The translations under genes and the position numbers were made by a program. Below, piece by piece: positions 23,403-37,785 of a stretch of DNA of 64,000 bases. The stretch covers positions 228,532,001 through 228,596,000 of the forward strand of contig OZ024743.1 of NCBI GenBank assembly GCA_964016885.1. The letters run 5' to 3'. Numbering within the stretch: the first letter of the stretch is position 1; every line of letters begins with the position of its first letter. The notes under the pieces are model-generated. The model did no database searches. It had not been told where the DNA came from and saw only the letters and a list, made by a program, of their open reading frames with translations. Source of the DNA: Eledone cirrhosa (taxonomy: Eukaryota).

Positions 23403-24431
23403 ATCATCATCATCATCGTTTAACGTCCATCTTCCACGCTTGCATGGGTTTGGACGGGAGTTTTCGCACTTGAGGCAAGATTGGTTGTCCTGCTTGTATA
23501 GGACTGTCTGGCAGGTTTTCTACGGCTGGATGCCCTTCCTAACACCAACAACGTTTACAGTGTGGACTGGGAGGTTTTTACCGTGTTACCTACATGGCCA
23601 CATTACAGCGTGGACTGTGTGTTTTTTTTTGTTGTGACACTTACACGTCTGGCGGGTTTTCTATGGCTGGATGCCCTTCCTAAAACCAACAACGTTTACA
23701 GTGTGGACTGGGAGGTGTTACCTACACGGCCACATTACAGCGTGGACTGTGTGTTTTTTTTGTTGTGACACTTACACGTCTGGCGGGTTTTCTACGGCTG
23801 GGTACCCTTCCCAACACCAACCACGTTTACAGTGTGGACTGGGAGGTTTTTACCGTGTTACCTACACGACCTCATTTGTTTCGGACTGGATGTTGTGGTA
23901 CCAACATAACTACACATTTAAGGGGTGGTGTGGATGGGGTGGGGGTAGTGGGATGGGGTATATTTTTGTTAGAGGTGCCTACTGACTGTAGGTTTTGCTT
24001 TGTACTTAAGCAAGGCGGGTCTTCTGTATAACTGTGTAGCGCCAAAGATCTCGGTCCAGTGACATTGTCTTGGAGAGGTGTAAGTGTGTGAGGTCGGAAT
24101 TTATCAAGTCGTCCCAGGTTTTTCTGGGTCTGCCTACTCCATGGCTACCGTTTATTTTTATCGCCCTGCACTTTTTTATACAGCTGTCGTCTTTCATGCG
24201 CATCACGTGACCGTACCAACGTAGTCTTCTCTCGGGTAAATAACATCTGATCCCTCTTATTCCTAATTTCTCCCTTAGTTGGTTTATGCCTTGCCGTTCA
24301 CGTATATTACTATTACACATCCAGCGGAGCATGCAAGCTTCGTTTCTCTCCAGTCTGTGTATATCCTCTGCACACAATGCCCAGGTCTCACTGCCATGTA
24401 ACATTGCTGTTCGTATGCAGGCATCATATAT
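23403..24431 (-). mobile_element. 5'-truncated RTE-A-related LINE with an expanded 3' UTR module
   Basis: ORF 24006-24404 MLHGSETW...RRLRWYGHVMR...GRPRKTW; three ggaagggcatcc-type blocks in 23500-23870; (GAT)n tail. Confidence 0.92.
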
Positions 24432-24441
24432 ATGCAGCCTG

Positions 24442-24444
<3 letters not shown>

Positions 24445-24487
<43 letters not shown>

Positions 24488-24508
24488 TTATATATATATA
24501 TACAAATT

Positions 24509-24570
<62 letters not shown>

Positions 24571-24790
24571 TATTTATATATATATATATATGTACATATT
24601 TATATATATATATGTACATATTTATATATATATATATATATGTACATATATATATATATATATATATGTACATATATATATATGTATATGTACATATATA
24701 TATATGTATATGTACATATATATATATATATGTGTATATATGTATATGTACATATGTATGTACATATATATGTACATATATATGTACATA
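24445..24790. repeat. Compound (TA)n microsatellite with tgtacat higher-order units
   Basis: Seen directly. Confidence 0.9.
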
Positions 24791-25001
24791 GTGGTCGTGG
24801 AGATGTCACGGCAAAAAAGCACCCAGCCCACACTGTGAAGTGGACATGTAGGCGCCATGGCAAAAAAGCACCCAGCACTCACTCTAAATGAGGTTGGTGT
24901 TAGAAAGTGCATCCTGCTGTAGAAATCAAGCCAGAATCAGTTCCCGTCCCACCCTTGCAAGCAGGGAAAAGTAGACGTAAAATGATGATGATGATGATGA
25001 T
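24791..25001 (+). mobile_element. Headless copy of the composite SINE (two pseudoknot modules + RTE-B tail)
   Basis: Has the same junction agaaatcaagccagaatcagttcccgtcccacccttgcaagcagggaaaag as 8135-8478. Confidence 0.8.
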
Positions 25002-25140
25002 TATATATATATATATCACACACACACACACCACACAATATATTTTCTATATATTGACATGTATATATATAAAGAAAAAAAGATGAAATCGAAAATGCAA
25101 CTGGAGTCTTATTTAAAACAAATATATATATTTATTTGGT

Positions 25141-25180
25141 TCCTTTACCGGTTTCGCAGTTCTTCTGCTTTTCAAAAGTA
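25141..25180 (-). ncRNA. Minimal hammerhead-like motif with a mutated 5' box, within a PLE-like remnant (~25060-25355)
   Basis: Minus strand tactt-TTGAAAA-gcag-aagaa-ctgc-GAAA-CCGGTA-aagga: perfect stem II, palindromic ACCGGT stem III, and stem I tactt/aagga. Confidence 0.55.
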
Positions 25181-25425
25181 GAGTTGAGATGGAGGGTCTG
25201 TGGTTATTCTCACATCTGGTTGGTCTCTGAATGTTACTTGTTTTATATGGAAAAAGTGGCTCGAGATGCCAGGTTTTTCGAGAAGTAATTTGATTGGTTG
25301 GTCAATAATTATAATAAATTTTGTGCCAGTTCGCATTACAAAGTTCTTCAAACAAGGGGGGGGGGGGGGGGGGTCACAGGTTTTTAAAAAAAATATATGA
25401 GTGTTTGAATTTTTTTTCACTTAAA

Positions 25426-25456
<31 letters not shown>

Positions 25457-25461
25457 TATAG

Positions 25462-25982
25462 AACGACAGCTGTATAAAGAAGTGCAGTGCAATGAAAATT
25501 TATGGAAGCTACGGAATAGGTAGACCAAGAAAAATCTGGGACGAGGTGATAAAAACTGACCTCGCTCACTTACACTTCTCTAAGACAATGTCACTGAATT
25601 GAGATATTTGGTGCCATGCAATTGTACAGAAGACCTGCCTGCCCTTGCATACAAACCTACAGTCAGTAGGCACCTCTTAACCCAATATACACATCACCCC
25701 ACACACCCTACCCCATCCTCCCTTTTCAGTTCTGTCCATTTTGTCGATGACACAACAGTCCACACTGTAAGGTGGTTGTCTAGGAGACATTTTAAAAAGA
25801 CTCCCAGTCCTCATTGTAAATGTGGTTGGTGTTAGGAAGGGCATCCAGCTGTAAAAAAAAACCTGCGAGAGACACTTCCATACAAGCGAGACACAATCTC
25901 CCGACCTTTCCTGCATCAGGTGGAACAAAACCGTCTAACCTATGCTAGCGCAGAAGATGGATGTTAAATGATGATGATGATG
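25462..25982 (+). mobile_element. Older RTE-A-like 3' fragment
   Basis: DSCIKKCSAMKIYGSYGIGRPRKIWDEVIKTDL, then the UTR module and (GAT)n. Confidence 0.85.
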
Positions 25983-26309
25983 ATATATATGTGGGTGTGT
26001 ATGTATACACAAACACACACACAAATAAATCATCGGCATCATCATCATTTAACCTTTGATTTCCTTGCTAGCAAGCATTGGAAAGGTGGTCACAGGCCAA
26101 CTCCCTACTTATCTAGAGCCACTGTTTTTTCAGAGAAGCTGGAGACTGTATCTAACTTTCATACATTCCTATACTCTACAGGGTGTACTAGGTGCATATT
26201 AACATAGCACCAGTACTAGGGAAATTGTCATGACTTTAACACAACTGGAAAGTCCTCTTGACCCCTTGTTTTGCAAGTTTTCTATGGCTAGATGATGTCC
26301 TTCCTATAT

Positions 26310-26520
26310 CATCAGCATCATCACCGTTTTACCTCCATTCTTCCATGCTAGCATGGGTTAGACGACTTGTCCTGCTGTGGGCAATGCAAACTCATACAGA
26401 ACTGATTTTGGCTTGGACCCAAATCAGTTCTGTATGAGTTTCTACAGCTGGATGCCCTCCCTAATGCCAACCTCATTTACAGCGAGTATTGGGTTCTTTT
26501 TGTTGTGATACCTCTACGAC
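26310..26520 (-). mobile_element. RTE/SINE 3' module copy containing a perfect 21-bp inverted duplication (26388-26441)
   Basis: aaactcatacagaactgattt-tggcttggaccc-aaatcagttctgtatgagttt lies inside sequence otherwise matching the reverse complement of 38090-38250. Confidence 0.8.
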
Positions 26521-27317
26521 AACTTATATATATAAATCTTCTCTGACATTCAGACAAGTATATGAAAGATTTGCAGAAGTGTACAGTTTCATAGTAAAAT
26601 TCTATAGTTTGCTCTTAATGGTAATAAGAGAATCAGGGTTGAAGACAGGCATGGGGAGAAGATGAAGATGATAACCAATAAAATGTCAGTAAAGAAACAC
26701 CTCACCATACATATATAAATACAAACCCACACAAAGACATACATATTTAAATACACACACAGATTCATATGCATACATACAAAAACATATACACAGATAG
26801 ACACACACACACACCTAAACAAAAGCAGACACTTGAACTCATACAAACACACACATACACCTAAAGAAATGCACAAACTTAGACACACGTGCATATATAC
26901 ACACAAAAACACATTCACACACACAAAAACACTAAGAAACAAAATTTTACAAATGACATATCAAAAATTTGTCAATTCCTTTAATATTTTAGTTTCTTAA
27001 TTAACTGATCATTCGTTTGAAGATTTTTGTTATATCTATCCCAGAACACACAGGAATCATTGCTCTGATCATTATTGAAGACTTCACTAGATTTTTCTTG
27101 CATTTAATTACATTTCCATGAATTAAAACAAAAACAAAACACACACCCACACAAACAAACACATGCAGACATATGTGCACACACATGCATACATACATAG
27201 ATACATACACATAGATTGAGCAACACACACACACACACACACATACACACACACACCCACATATATACACACACACATATATATACACACACACACACAC
27301 ACACATATATACACACG

Positions 27318-27391
<74 letters not shown>

Positions 27392-29186
27392 CAGGCAGGC
27401 ACAGATACACACAAATATAGCGTTTGAGCCACACAAGTATAGGTGAATAAAGAATTATCTTTAAGAAACAAAATAACTAATGTTTATTCATGTAATCACC
27501 CCTCCCCTTCATCAAGCTAAACTATTTTTAAAGCTTTAAATAATTTCATTTCATTTCTTTCTCTTCTTTATCACCTTTTTAGTGTTTGTATTATTAATTT
27601 TGTGTTTTTTGTTTTTTTTCACTCTTTTGTTAAATATTTTCAATATAACTGAACAAAATCATAGATTCCAACATGACCAGTATAGCAAAGAATTTATTAA
27701 GAGATGCAATAATAATTATTAAAAATATAAGTTGATTCAGTACTTCACAATAAAAATCCAGCTTATCAGTTGAAATTCTGCAGATATATATTATAATTCT
27801 ATATTGAAGTGGCCAGACAGAGAGACAGATAAAAATATGGTAATACAAGATTAGAATTTTAAGCAAATATTAAAAAAATAAATGTATATAAATATATATT
27901 AATGAAAATTAATTAAATTATAATAAAATATAATAAAATAATTAATACAATAAATAAAAATAAAAATGAAATAAATTACAATAAAATTACAATAAAATAA
28001 GATTCTGTCTTGAATTGTGTCCATTGCAACATTAAGAAAGACAAAAATCCAAGCCACGTCATTTTTGTTTAGAAAAATATAAACAATTGTTTTGTCAGAA
28101 GTTTCGTTTCATTTCATATATTGAAATTGGAACAAATTCAAGGCTTTTTAAAAGAAGCAAATTGAAAGAAGCAAGAGACAGAAACAGTGTTAGGGTGGGT
28201 CAGGTGGCATAAGGGTGGGAAAGGGGTAGGATGAGATACAAGTGATAAAGAGAGAGGATAATAAAATACATTGATTTATTAATTTTTGAAATTGTTACAT
28301 GGGGAAAAATGAATTAAACATTTCAGCAGGGAAAAGAAAAAAAAAAAATACTCTATAATTCTATTGGTGTGTGTCATGTGTGAATTTTGTTTTCATAACA
28401 TTTGAAAAACAAAAATTAAATAATATAGTTTATTTCTGTTTAAGAATGTGCATGTCATGGGGAGGAAGAAGGTTTGTAGAGAGAAACATTTTAAATATAC
28501 TTATATAATATGCTCAAAAATAAAGATTGTTTTAATTCTATAGCAATACCTATCTACCCATCTATATAAATAAATAAATTTGTGTGTGCATATGTTTCTG
28601 TCTCTTGGCACCATTATTTGTTACATTTCTATCCACAATAACCAGAAGTAAAACAGCTCAGTGGCTGGATTAGTCAAAATTGAAACCTTATTTTAAAACA
28701 ATGTTAGGCATCACTGGAAAGACATCCAACCATAGAATTCTGTGTCAAAGAATCTCATCCACCCTATATCAGTATGTAGAAAGCAGATTATTAAGACCCC
28801 CAGTGTCAATGCATTGCATTTCCCCCAACTGAATAGACTGAAGCAATGTGAAATAATTGTTTCTACTTTTGGCACAAGGCCAGAAGGGTAAGGCAAAGTC
28901 AATATTAGTGGTGACAGTGATGATGATGATGAAATTAGCAATGGAACTAATGATGTAGACAACAATAACGATTATGATAGTAGGGATGACATTAGTGATG
29001 ACGATAGTGACAATGACAATATTCACCAATGTATGATATACATAGGCATAAACAAATACACATTTTCATACATATGACACATTCACAGCCACACTTACAC
29101 ACAATATCCACCAATATGCAGAGGTATAAATACACAAACATACATTTTCATGTTTACATAAATTTAAAAACATATTCACAGGTAGA

Positions 29187-29246
<60 letters not shown>

Positions 29247-29872
29247 CACCAATATATTATATGTGTGTGTCTTTGTTTAATATATGATATGTGGAGATGG
29301 CTGCATGTGTGTGTGTTCAACATTATGTGGATGATACACAAGCACAAACATACATAGATATAGCTACACACACAGAGGCTCAGATTAATATTGTTGTCAT
29401 ATATTAACTGAACGAACATGGAACATGGACCCCCTACTATCTGAACAAATCAGGAAGAAACTGTGTTAGAAATTTGCTGCAAATCATTCCACTTCCACAG
29501 CACCAATTACTATACCACCATAGCTTGCACCATAGTATGCTGTCTAGAGAAGGAAAGTGATGTTATGATGTTCAGCATTTGCAGAGACTTCCTTTTTTTC
29601 TAATTTGGTGTAATTATTTTACAATAATTGCTCACAGTATGTACCACAAGCAGCACTACAGATTATGACAAAACCAAAGCATAGTAAAAAGAATAAATAA
29701 AATGTAATAATAATAATGTAAAATATGAAGAGCAGTAAGGGAAAATGATAACAAAAGAACTGTGGTGTTGTTGGTGTTATGTATGAAATTAAAAAGGAAA
29801 AGTATACACACATACATATGTGTGTATATATCATCATCATTATCATTTAACGTTTATCTTCCACATAGGTAG

Positions 29873-30633
<761 letters not shown>

Positions 30634-31261
30634 ATGTAGGGAAGAAAGTGAAAATGTATCCGTCAGTGTCTATCTAGAAATATAATAGATTTGGAAGAAA
30701 AATTGACAGATTTTTTGCCGTGAGCTAAATTTCTGGAGTATTTCTGAATCTTTAAACACACACATTTTCTCATATATTTGTGGGTTTTTCTGTGTGTGTA
30801 TACTAACGATTGGAGATGCTTCCCTCACATACACAGGTGGACACACATATGCATACATACACACATACATTAGACATTACCCATTGCTAGACCTTCTTGA
30901 CTTGTTTTTGTTCCATGCCAGGTCTTCTACAATCGTCTCCCCTTCCTCAGCCAAACACATTTCAAGACAGCTAATCAAGTAACTTCTACTTCAGGCCAAC
31001 AAATCTGGGACCACATTAGAGTGAGATATGATGGGCTGAGTAATGGTTTGGGGCTGGGTTATGAGTGGGATTTGATAATGAGTGTGGGGTGGGTACTGAG
31101 CTGGGCAGGCTGAAAATGTTATTGTCAACAAAACTCTGTTGGAGGACAATAATAGCTTCCTCATTTATTTTTTTATATCTCTTACTATCTCCCTTGTTGC
31201 TGTCTCTTACCCTCTCTATTTCTGTCTTTCTCCCTCTCATCTCTAACTTTATGTCTGCCCC

Positions 31262-31298
<37 letters not shown>

Positions 31299-32812
31299 TA
31301 CACACACACTTTGAGCCTATCTCACATATCTTCTACATTTCTCACTTTTTCTGTCAGTCCAGCTGTCCGTCACCTTGTCTCTCTTTCTCTCATTCATTCT
31401 ATCTCTCTACTTTTATCCTGTGTAGCCCCCCCCCCCCCCCCTCACCACCACCACCACCACCACCACCACTACACTGTATGCTGTTATATTTATTTGGATA
31501 GTTTTAGTTTAGAAATTAGAATAGAAATACAAATATGTACATCTAACAGGATTTAATATTGTTAACATAGTTTTATTAATTAAATGGACAAGAAAATAAA
31601 AGTTATAAAGGAAAAATAATGAAAATATCCTAAGGAGCATAGAAAAATGAATCCTCTTCACCATTTAACCAGAACTTTCTATATCTATTAACTGATAACA
31701 AGAAAATATATTAGGAAAACATTCTTGAAAAGTACAAAACAACACTATGACTGCATCACATTAAAAAGTTAAGTCTTTAGTTTACTGCAAATTTTCACAA
31801 CAATCTGTCCACTAGTATATTTACTCTAATCTTTTGAATTAATAAACCTAGTTTTAGATATTTCCTGCTAATACGAGAGCTAATAAGCTCATAAAGATGT
31901 ATAGCAAACTCAATACTCATAGATAACATAGAATATATATATATATTCACATCATCAACATCATCATTTAAAGTTTGTTTTTCCTTGCTGGCATGAGTGT
32001 GGGAGGGTGTCACAGACCAAATGAGTATTAATTGGAGCAACTGGCCTCTCAGACAAGCTGGGGTGAGGGTGGAGGCTTGTCTTGCAGACATGTATTTCAG
32101 ATTTGCCTTAGTTTTGCTGGTGCCATGATAAAATGCACCTAATATGCAGAGTGTCAGGGTGCATTTTATCATGGCACCAGCTCTAAGGTAGTTATGTCCT
32201 TGACATAACTGAAGAGTTCTCTCAACACTATCTTTGGCAAGTTTTTGCAGCTGGATACTTTTTCTAACATCAACCATTTTAGACACACACACACACGCAT
32301 CCATGTATACATAGATACATAGACATACACACATACAGTCATATATATATATATATATATATACATACGTGTGTATAAAATACATACATACGAATATACA
32401 TACACATACATACATACAGGCATACATATGTATATATATATACATACATATGTATATAATACATACATACAAATATACATACGCACACATATACATAGAC
32501 ACACATACAGGCATACATATGTATATATATATACATACATACGAATATACATACACACACACATACATAGACACACATACAGGCATACATCATATATATA
32601 TATATATATATATATGAAAACAGGGAGAAAGAGACGATTATTAGGAAGAAAAATATATTTTTTTTTTCATTTTTTGTTTCACTCTCTCTTTTTTCTGGGT
32701 TAGAAAATAATTAAAACAAAATGTTTTACTTTGTGTGAAGTGTTAAGGTATTAGTTGATTTATTTATTATTTAACAATGGCATTTATTTAACTATTTATA
32801 TATTTAATTATT

Positions 32813-32856
32813 GTCTATTACCGGTTTCAGCATTTTTATGCATTATCAAATGATAG
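32813..32856 (-). ncRNA. Degenerate minimal hammerhead-like motif
   Basis: Minus strand ctatcat-TTGATAA-tgcat-aaaa-atgc-tGAAA-CCGGTA-atag. It has the same GAAACCGGTA ending as 25141-25180. Confidence 0.45.
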
Positions 32857-34127
32857 TGAAATGTATTAGTGTGGTGTCACACATGTTAAACAGAAGGTGC
32901 AGAAAGAATGTTATTTACAAACAAGGTTTATGAAGTGAAAAGAAAAAAGAGAAAGGAAAAAACGTGCACACACACATACAGGCATACATATATATACATA
33001 TGTATATAATATATACATTCTTTGTTCAGTTATAATATACGGCTCGGAAAAATCTCTTTCCTAGAGCTAATTTATTGTAAGAGACTATTTTGAGTTTCTA
33101 ACTCAATATATGCCTTTGATACATACATACAACATACATATGTATATAAACTACAGCCATCACTTGAAATCAAGTATGATTTGGTAACATGTATAAAGTA
33201 TTTGAAGTGCAGATGCAAGTAGACACAGACACCCTGACAACTCTCCCTTCTTTACTTTACCCAACAGAATATCAAGGATATCACACATGCGCACACATAC
33301 TCACACACACATATACACACACACACATACAAACCACTAATCACATAGAGGAATTGAAACTGAAATCATTCTAAACATATTTAATTAATAAATTTTATAA
33401 AAGCAAAAAGAAAAATAGAAAGAAATAATTTTCAATATTACATATATAGCTATGATGTTTGATATTTTTTTAATTCAATAGATTATTACTTTTAGTCCAA
33501 CTTTGGCATTTGGATATATGAATGTATCTTTCTATGCGTCTACATGGATTATTTATGTATATATATATATATATATATATAAATGTGTGTGTGTGTACAT
33601 GTGTTTGTGAGTGTGTGTGTGAGCGTGCATATATATATATACGTATGTACCTAACTTTGGCATTTGAATAAATGAGTTTGTGTCTTTCTATCTACCAATC
33701 TGGCTTGTTGATTCTCTATATATGTGTGTGTATGTATGTATCTGAATGAATATATGTTTGATGGTATGATTTTACGAATCTATGCATGTTTATGTATGTA
33801 TGTATATATTTATGTGTATATATGATTGTGATAAGAGTAAATTTTGACTTTCAATCTGTTTCATATGAAGGAAATTAATACAGCTTTGAAATTAATACGG
33901 AACAAATAAAAATCAGTATAAAATAATATTTTGAAAGTAATTAGATATTTAGTCAAATAATAGTTTAACATAAACATTCGCACATATGCACACACACTGC
34001 ACCCATCTCTCTCTCTCTCTCTCTTTCACCCTATTTTTCTTTCTCTCTCAAACTCTCATACATACACACTCACACATGCATTCTCAATGGCTGTCATTGT
34101 ATGTATGTATGTGTATATATACAAATG

Positions 34128-34158
<31 letters not shown>

Positions 34159-34911
34159 TCATATGTATGCATCTATGTATGAATAACATATTACATTTAT
34201 TAACTTTATAGAATCTATTCTGGTTTATTTTCAAAAATAATTACTTTTGAAATATTACTGCTTCTCATGGTTCATGGATTTAAGTCTATAAATTTAACTG
34301 TGGAACCACAAACAAACACACTTTAGTTGAAAGCCATTCAGGAAATTTTCCACACCACTATATTTCCGTGGAAACACACAATGGGAGGAGGTGGAAACGA
34401 TAAGGATCGGGCAAAAGAATGATTAGAATAATAAAAATAACTATTATTATTCTGTTAATAATTATAATAAAAAGACCGGAAAAAAAAATCAAAATATAAA
34501 TCTATAAAAAAAGAAACAAAAAATTTCAAAATGCTGTATATGTACACAGGTGTATGAGTAAATTGACTGTATACATATGTGTCAAGAAGTGTGTGTATGA
34601 TTACAAATATATACACACACATGTGTATATGAGTATCTTTTATTTTTATGGGTTTTAGTCATCATACTGTGGTCAGGCTGTGGCACTGCTTTGATTTATT
34701 TGATCATATTGAACACAGTATTATTTTTTTTAAATACTGCTACCTATTTCCATGATTTTTTTTGTTTGTTTAACTGCTGTATTACAGGACAAAAGAATCT
34801 GATGCAGAGACTAACATATAAATACACACACACTCTCATATGTGTGTGTGTGTGTGTCAACATTTAACATCCGTTTTTCCATGTTAGCATGGGTATATGT
34901 ATGTATCTATG

Positions 34912-34967
<56 letters not shown>

Positions 34968-34970
<3 letters not shown>

Positions 34971-35250
34971 AGGCATGTGGCCTCGTGGTAAGGGTGTTGG
35001 ACTTATGATCATAATATCGTGGGTTCGATTCCTGGGTTGCATATTGTGTTCTGGAGCAAAACATATCATTTCACGTTGTTCCAGTATACTCAGCTGAAAA
35101 TGAGTACCAGCAATAGCTGGGGGTTTAACCCTGCAAAGGACTGGCATCCTGTCCAGGGGAGAGTCTTGTACTCTCAGTTGCTTCACGCCATGAAAGCGGG
35201 AAAAGCACCGACCAAATGAGCCTTCTGGCTTAAGACAGACTTTAGACTTT
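34968..35250 (+). mobile_element. tRNA-headed SINE with a CORE-like block and a V-domain-like body
   Basis: A box tggcctcgtgg, B box ggttcgattcc, gtgttctggagcaaaaca. The segment aaccctgcaaaggactggcatcctgtccaggggg resembles the recalled V-SINE-type central domain. Confidence 0.75.
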
Positions 35251-35262
35251 ATATATATATAT

Positions 35263-36570
35263 ATCATCATCATCATCATCATCATCATTTTACGTCCACT
35301 TTTCCCTGCTTGCAAGGGTGGGACGGGTCTTATTCAGCACAGCATCTCTCCACTCGTCACGGTCCCTCGTCATCTCCACCGTGAGCTTCAATGATCTGAG
35401 GTCTGTTCTCACCACCTCCGCCAATGTTTTTCATGGTCTACCTCTACCACGTCTTCCTTCAACTGGCAATTCCTGGCACTTCTTCACCCATCGGTCATCC
35501 TCCATGCGCATCACATGTCCATACCACCTCAGTCTCCTCTCCCATACACTACATTCTATCCCTCTCAGACACAGTTTCTCTCTCAACATATTTATGCTGG
35601 GTCGTTCACGCACATTTACACTGCACATCCAACGGAGCATGCTTGCCTCATTTCTCTCCAGCCGTTGCATATCCTCTGCAGTTGCTGCCCATGTCTCACT
35701 ACCATGCAGCATCGCGCTCCTCACACAGGCATCATACAACCGGCCTTTCGTACGCAGGGAGAAACCCTTCTTCGTCAACAGAGGAAGCAGCTCCCTAAAC
35801 TTCTTCCAGCCCGTCCTTATTCTAGATAATATGGCCTCGGAAACACCCTCCTCCCATGCTAATCTGATCTCCTAGGTACCGGAAGCTATCCACCACTTCT
35901 ATAGCGCCCTCTTGCATTTGAAAAATGTGTCTATCAGTGTGACTTCTATTGTCTAATTTCCCTGTACATCTACTGCATACATATTTCTCCCTACCTGTTA
36001 GTTTGCTGCTATCCCGCTACATCTCTTGTGTACCCAGGATCTGCATTGTGTGCATTTTATAGAATTTATGCCAGTTTCTTTTCTGCATATCGAACATGGC
36101 CATTTCCCTGACGGAATCAGGGTTTTGTCCTCTTTTCTACTCATCAACACTTTTGTCTTAGCTAGATTCACTCTCAGTCCTCTTGCTTCCAACTGCTGTT
36201 TCCATAGCCAGAATTTATTCTCTGGCTCCTCTACTGATTCTGCTATAAGAACCAGATCGTCAGCATAGAGAAGTTCCCATGGATAGCCAGTCTTAAACTC
36301 CTCTGTTATGGCTTGGAGAACTATAATGAACAAGAGCGGGCTGAGGACCGAACCCTGATGTACTCCTACTTGTATCTGGAATTCCTCACTAAACACCATT
36401 CCTACCCTGACTTTACTGAGAGTACCTCTGTACAAAGTTTGCACTGTCCTCACAAGCCATTCCTCAACACCTAGCTTCCTTAGGGACCACCAGATGACAG
36501 ATCGGGGTGCCCTATCAAAGGCCTTCTCTAGGTCAACAAAGGCTAAGTATAGTGGCTTTTGTTTTGTTTA
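35263..36570 (-). mobile_element. 5'-truncated, frameshifted RTE-clade LINE (family RTE-B) with a very short 3' UTR and (GAT)n tail
   Basis: LYLAFVDLEKAFDR...GVHQGSVLSPLLF...LLYADDLVL...GLRVNLAKTKV...MLHGSETW...RRLRWYGHV; several frameshifts and stops. Confidence 0.93.
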
Positions 36571-36640
36571 AAAAAATACGATAGAGAAAATGCGATGATA
36601 GAAAAAATATGATTTTAGAGAGAAAATATGAGTGTATAAG

Positions 36641-37675
36641 AGTGAGGGGAGGGTCCTCTGAAAGTACAGTAGCTAGAGTCAGAACTGGATGGAAAAAGTT
36701 CAGAGAGCTTATACCACTATTAGCCGCTAAAGGGTTCTCCCTAAAAATGAAAGGCAGGTTATATGATGCCTGCATACGAACAGCAATGCTGCATGGCAGT
36801 GAGACCTGGGCATTGTGTGCAGAGGATATACACAGACTAGAGAGGAACGAAGCTTGCATGCTCCGCTGGATGTATAATAGTAATATACGTGAACGGCTAA
36901 GCATAAACGAACTAAGGAAAAAATTAGAAATAAGAGGGATCAGATGTTGTTTACTCGAGAGAAGGCTACGTTGGTATGGTCACGTGATGCACATGAAAGA
37001 CGACAGCTGTATAACAAAGTGCAGGGCAATAAAGATAGACGGTAGCCACGGAGTAGGCAGACCCAGAAAAACCTGGGACGACATGATAAATTCCGACCTC
37101 ACACGCTTACACCTCTCCAAGACAATGTCACTGGACCGAGACCTTTGGCGGTACTCAGTAATAGAGAAGACCCGCCTTACCTAAATACAAAGTAAAACCT
37201 ACTACAGTCAGTAGGCATCTCTAACAAAACACCCCCCCCCCCCCCATCCACACCGCCCCTTTCAATGTAAAGTTATGTTGGTGCCACAACATCCAGGCCG
37301 AAACAAATGAGATCGTGTAGGTGTCACGACAAAAAAAACACACAGTCCACGCTGTAATGTGGTCGTGTAGGCAACACAGTAAAAACCTCCCAGCCCCACA
37401 CTGTAAATGTGGTTGGTGTTAGGAAGGGCATCCAGCTGTAGAAAACCCGCCAGACAGTCCACGCTGTAATGTGGCCGTGTAGGCAACACTGTAAAAACCT
37501 CCCAGCCCCACACTGTAAATGTGGTTGGTGTTAGGAAGGGCATCCAGCTGTAGAAAACCCGCCAGACAGTCCTATGCGAGCAAGACAATCACTCTTGCCT
37601 CAAGTGGGAAAACCCCCGTCTAAACCCATGCAAGCGTGGAACACAGACGTTAAACGTTGATGATGATGATGATGA
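36641..37675 (+). mobile_element. 5'-truncated RTE-A LINE with a duplicated 3' UTR module
   Basis: The protein is nearly identical to the C-terminal part of 15023-15745. A ~111-bp tandem duplication spans 37343-37565. Confidence 0.93.
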
Positions 37676-37785
37676 TATATATATATATATATACAGTATA
37701 TATATATATACACTATATATATATATATACAGTATATATATATATATATATATATATACAGTATATATATACAGTATATATATAT

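Noticed and set aside
34968-35045. tRNA genes at A/B-box-containing sites
   Set aside because: No complete cloverleaf; each site continues into a SINE body.
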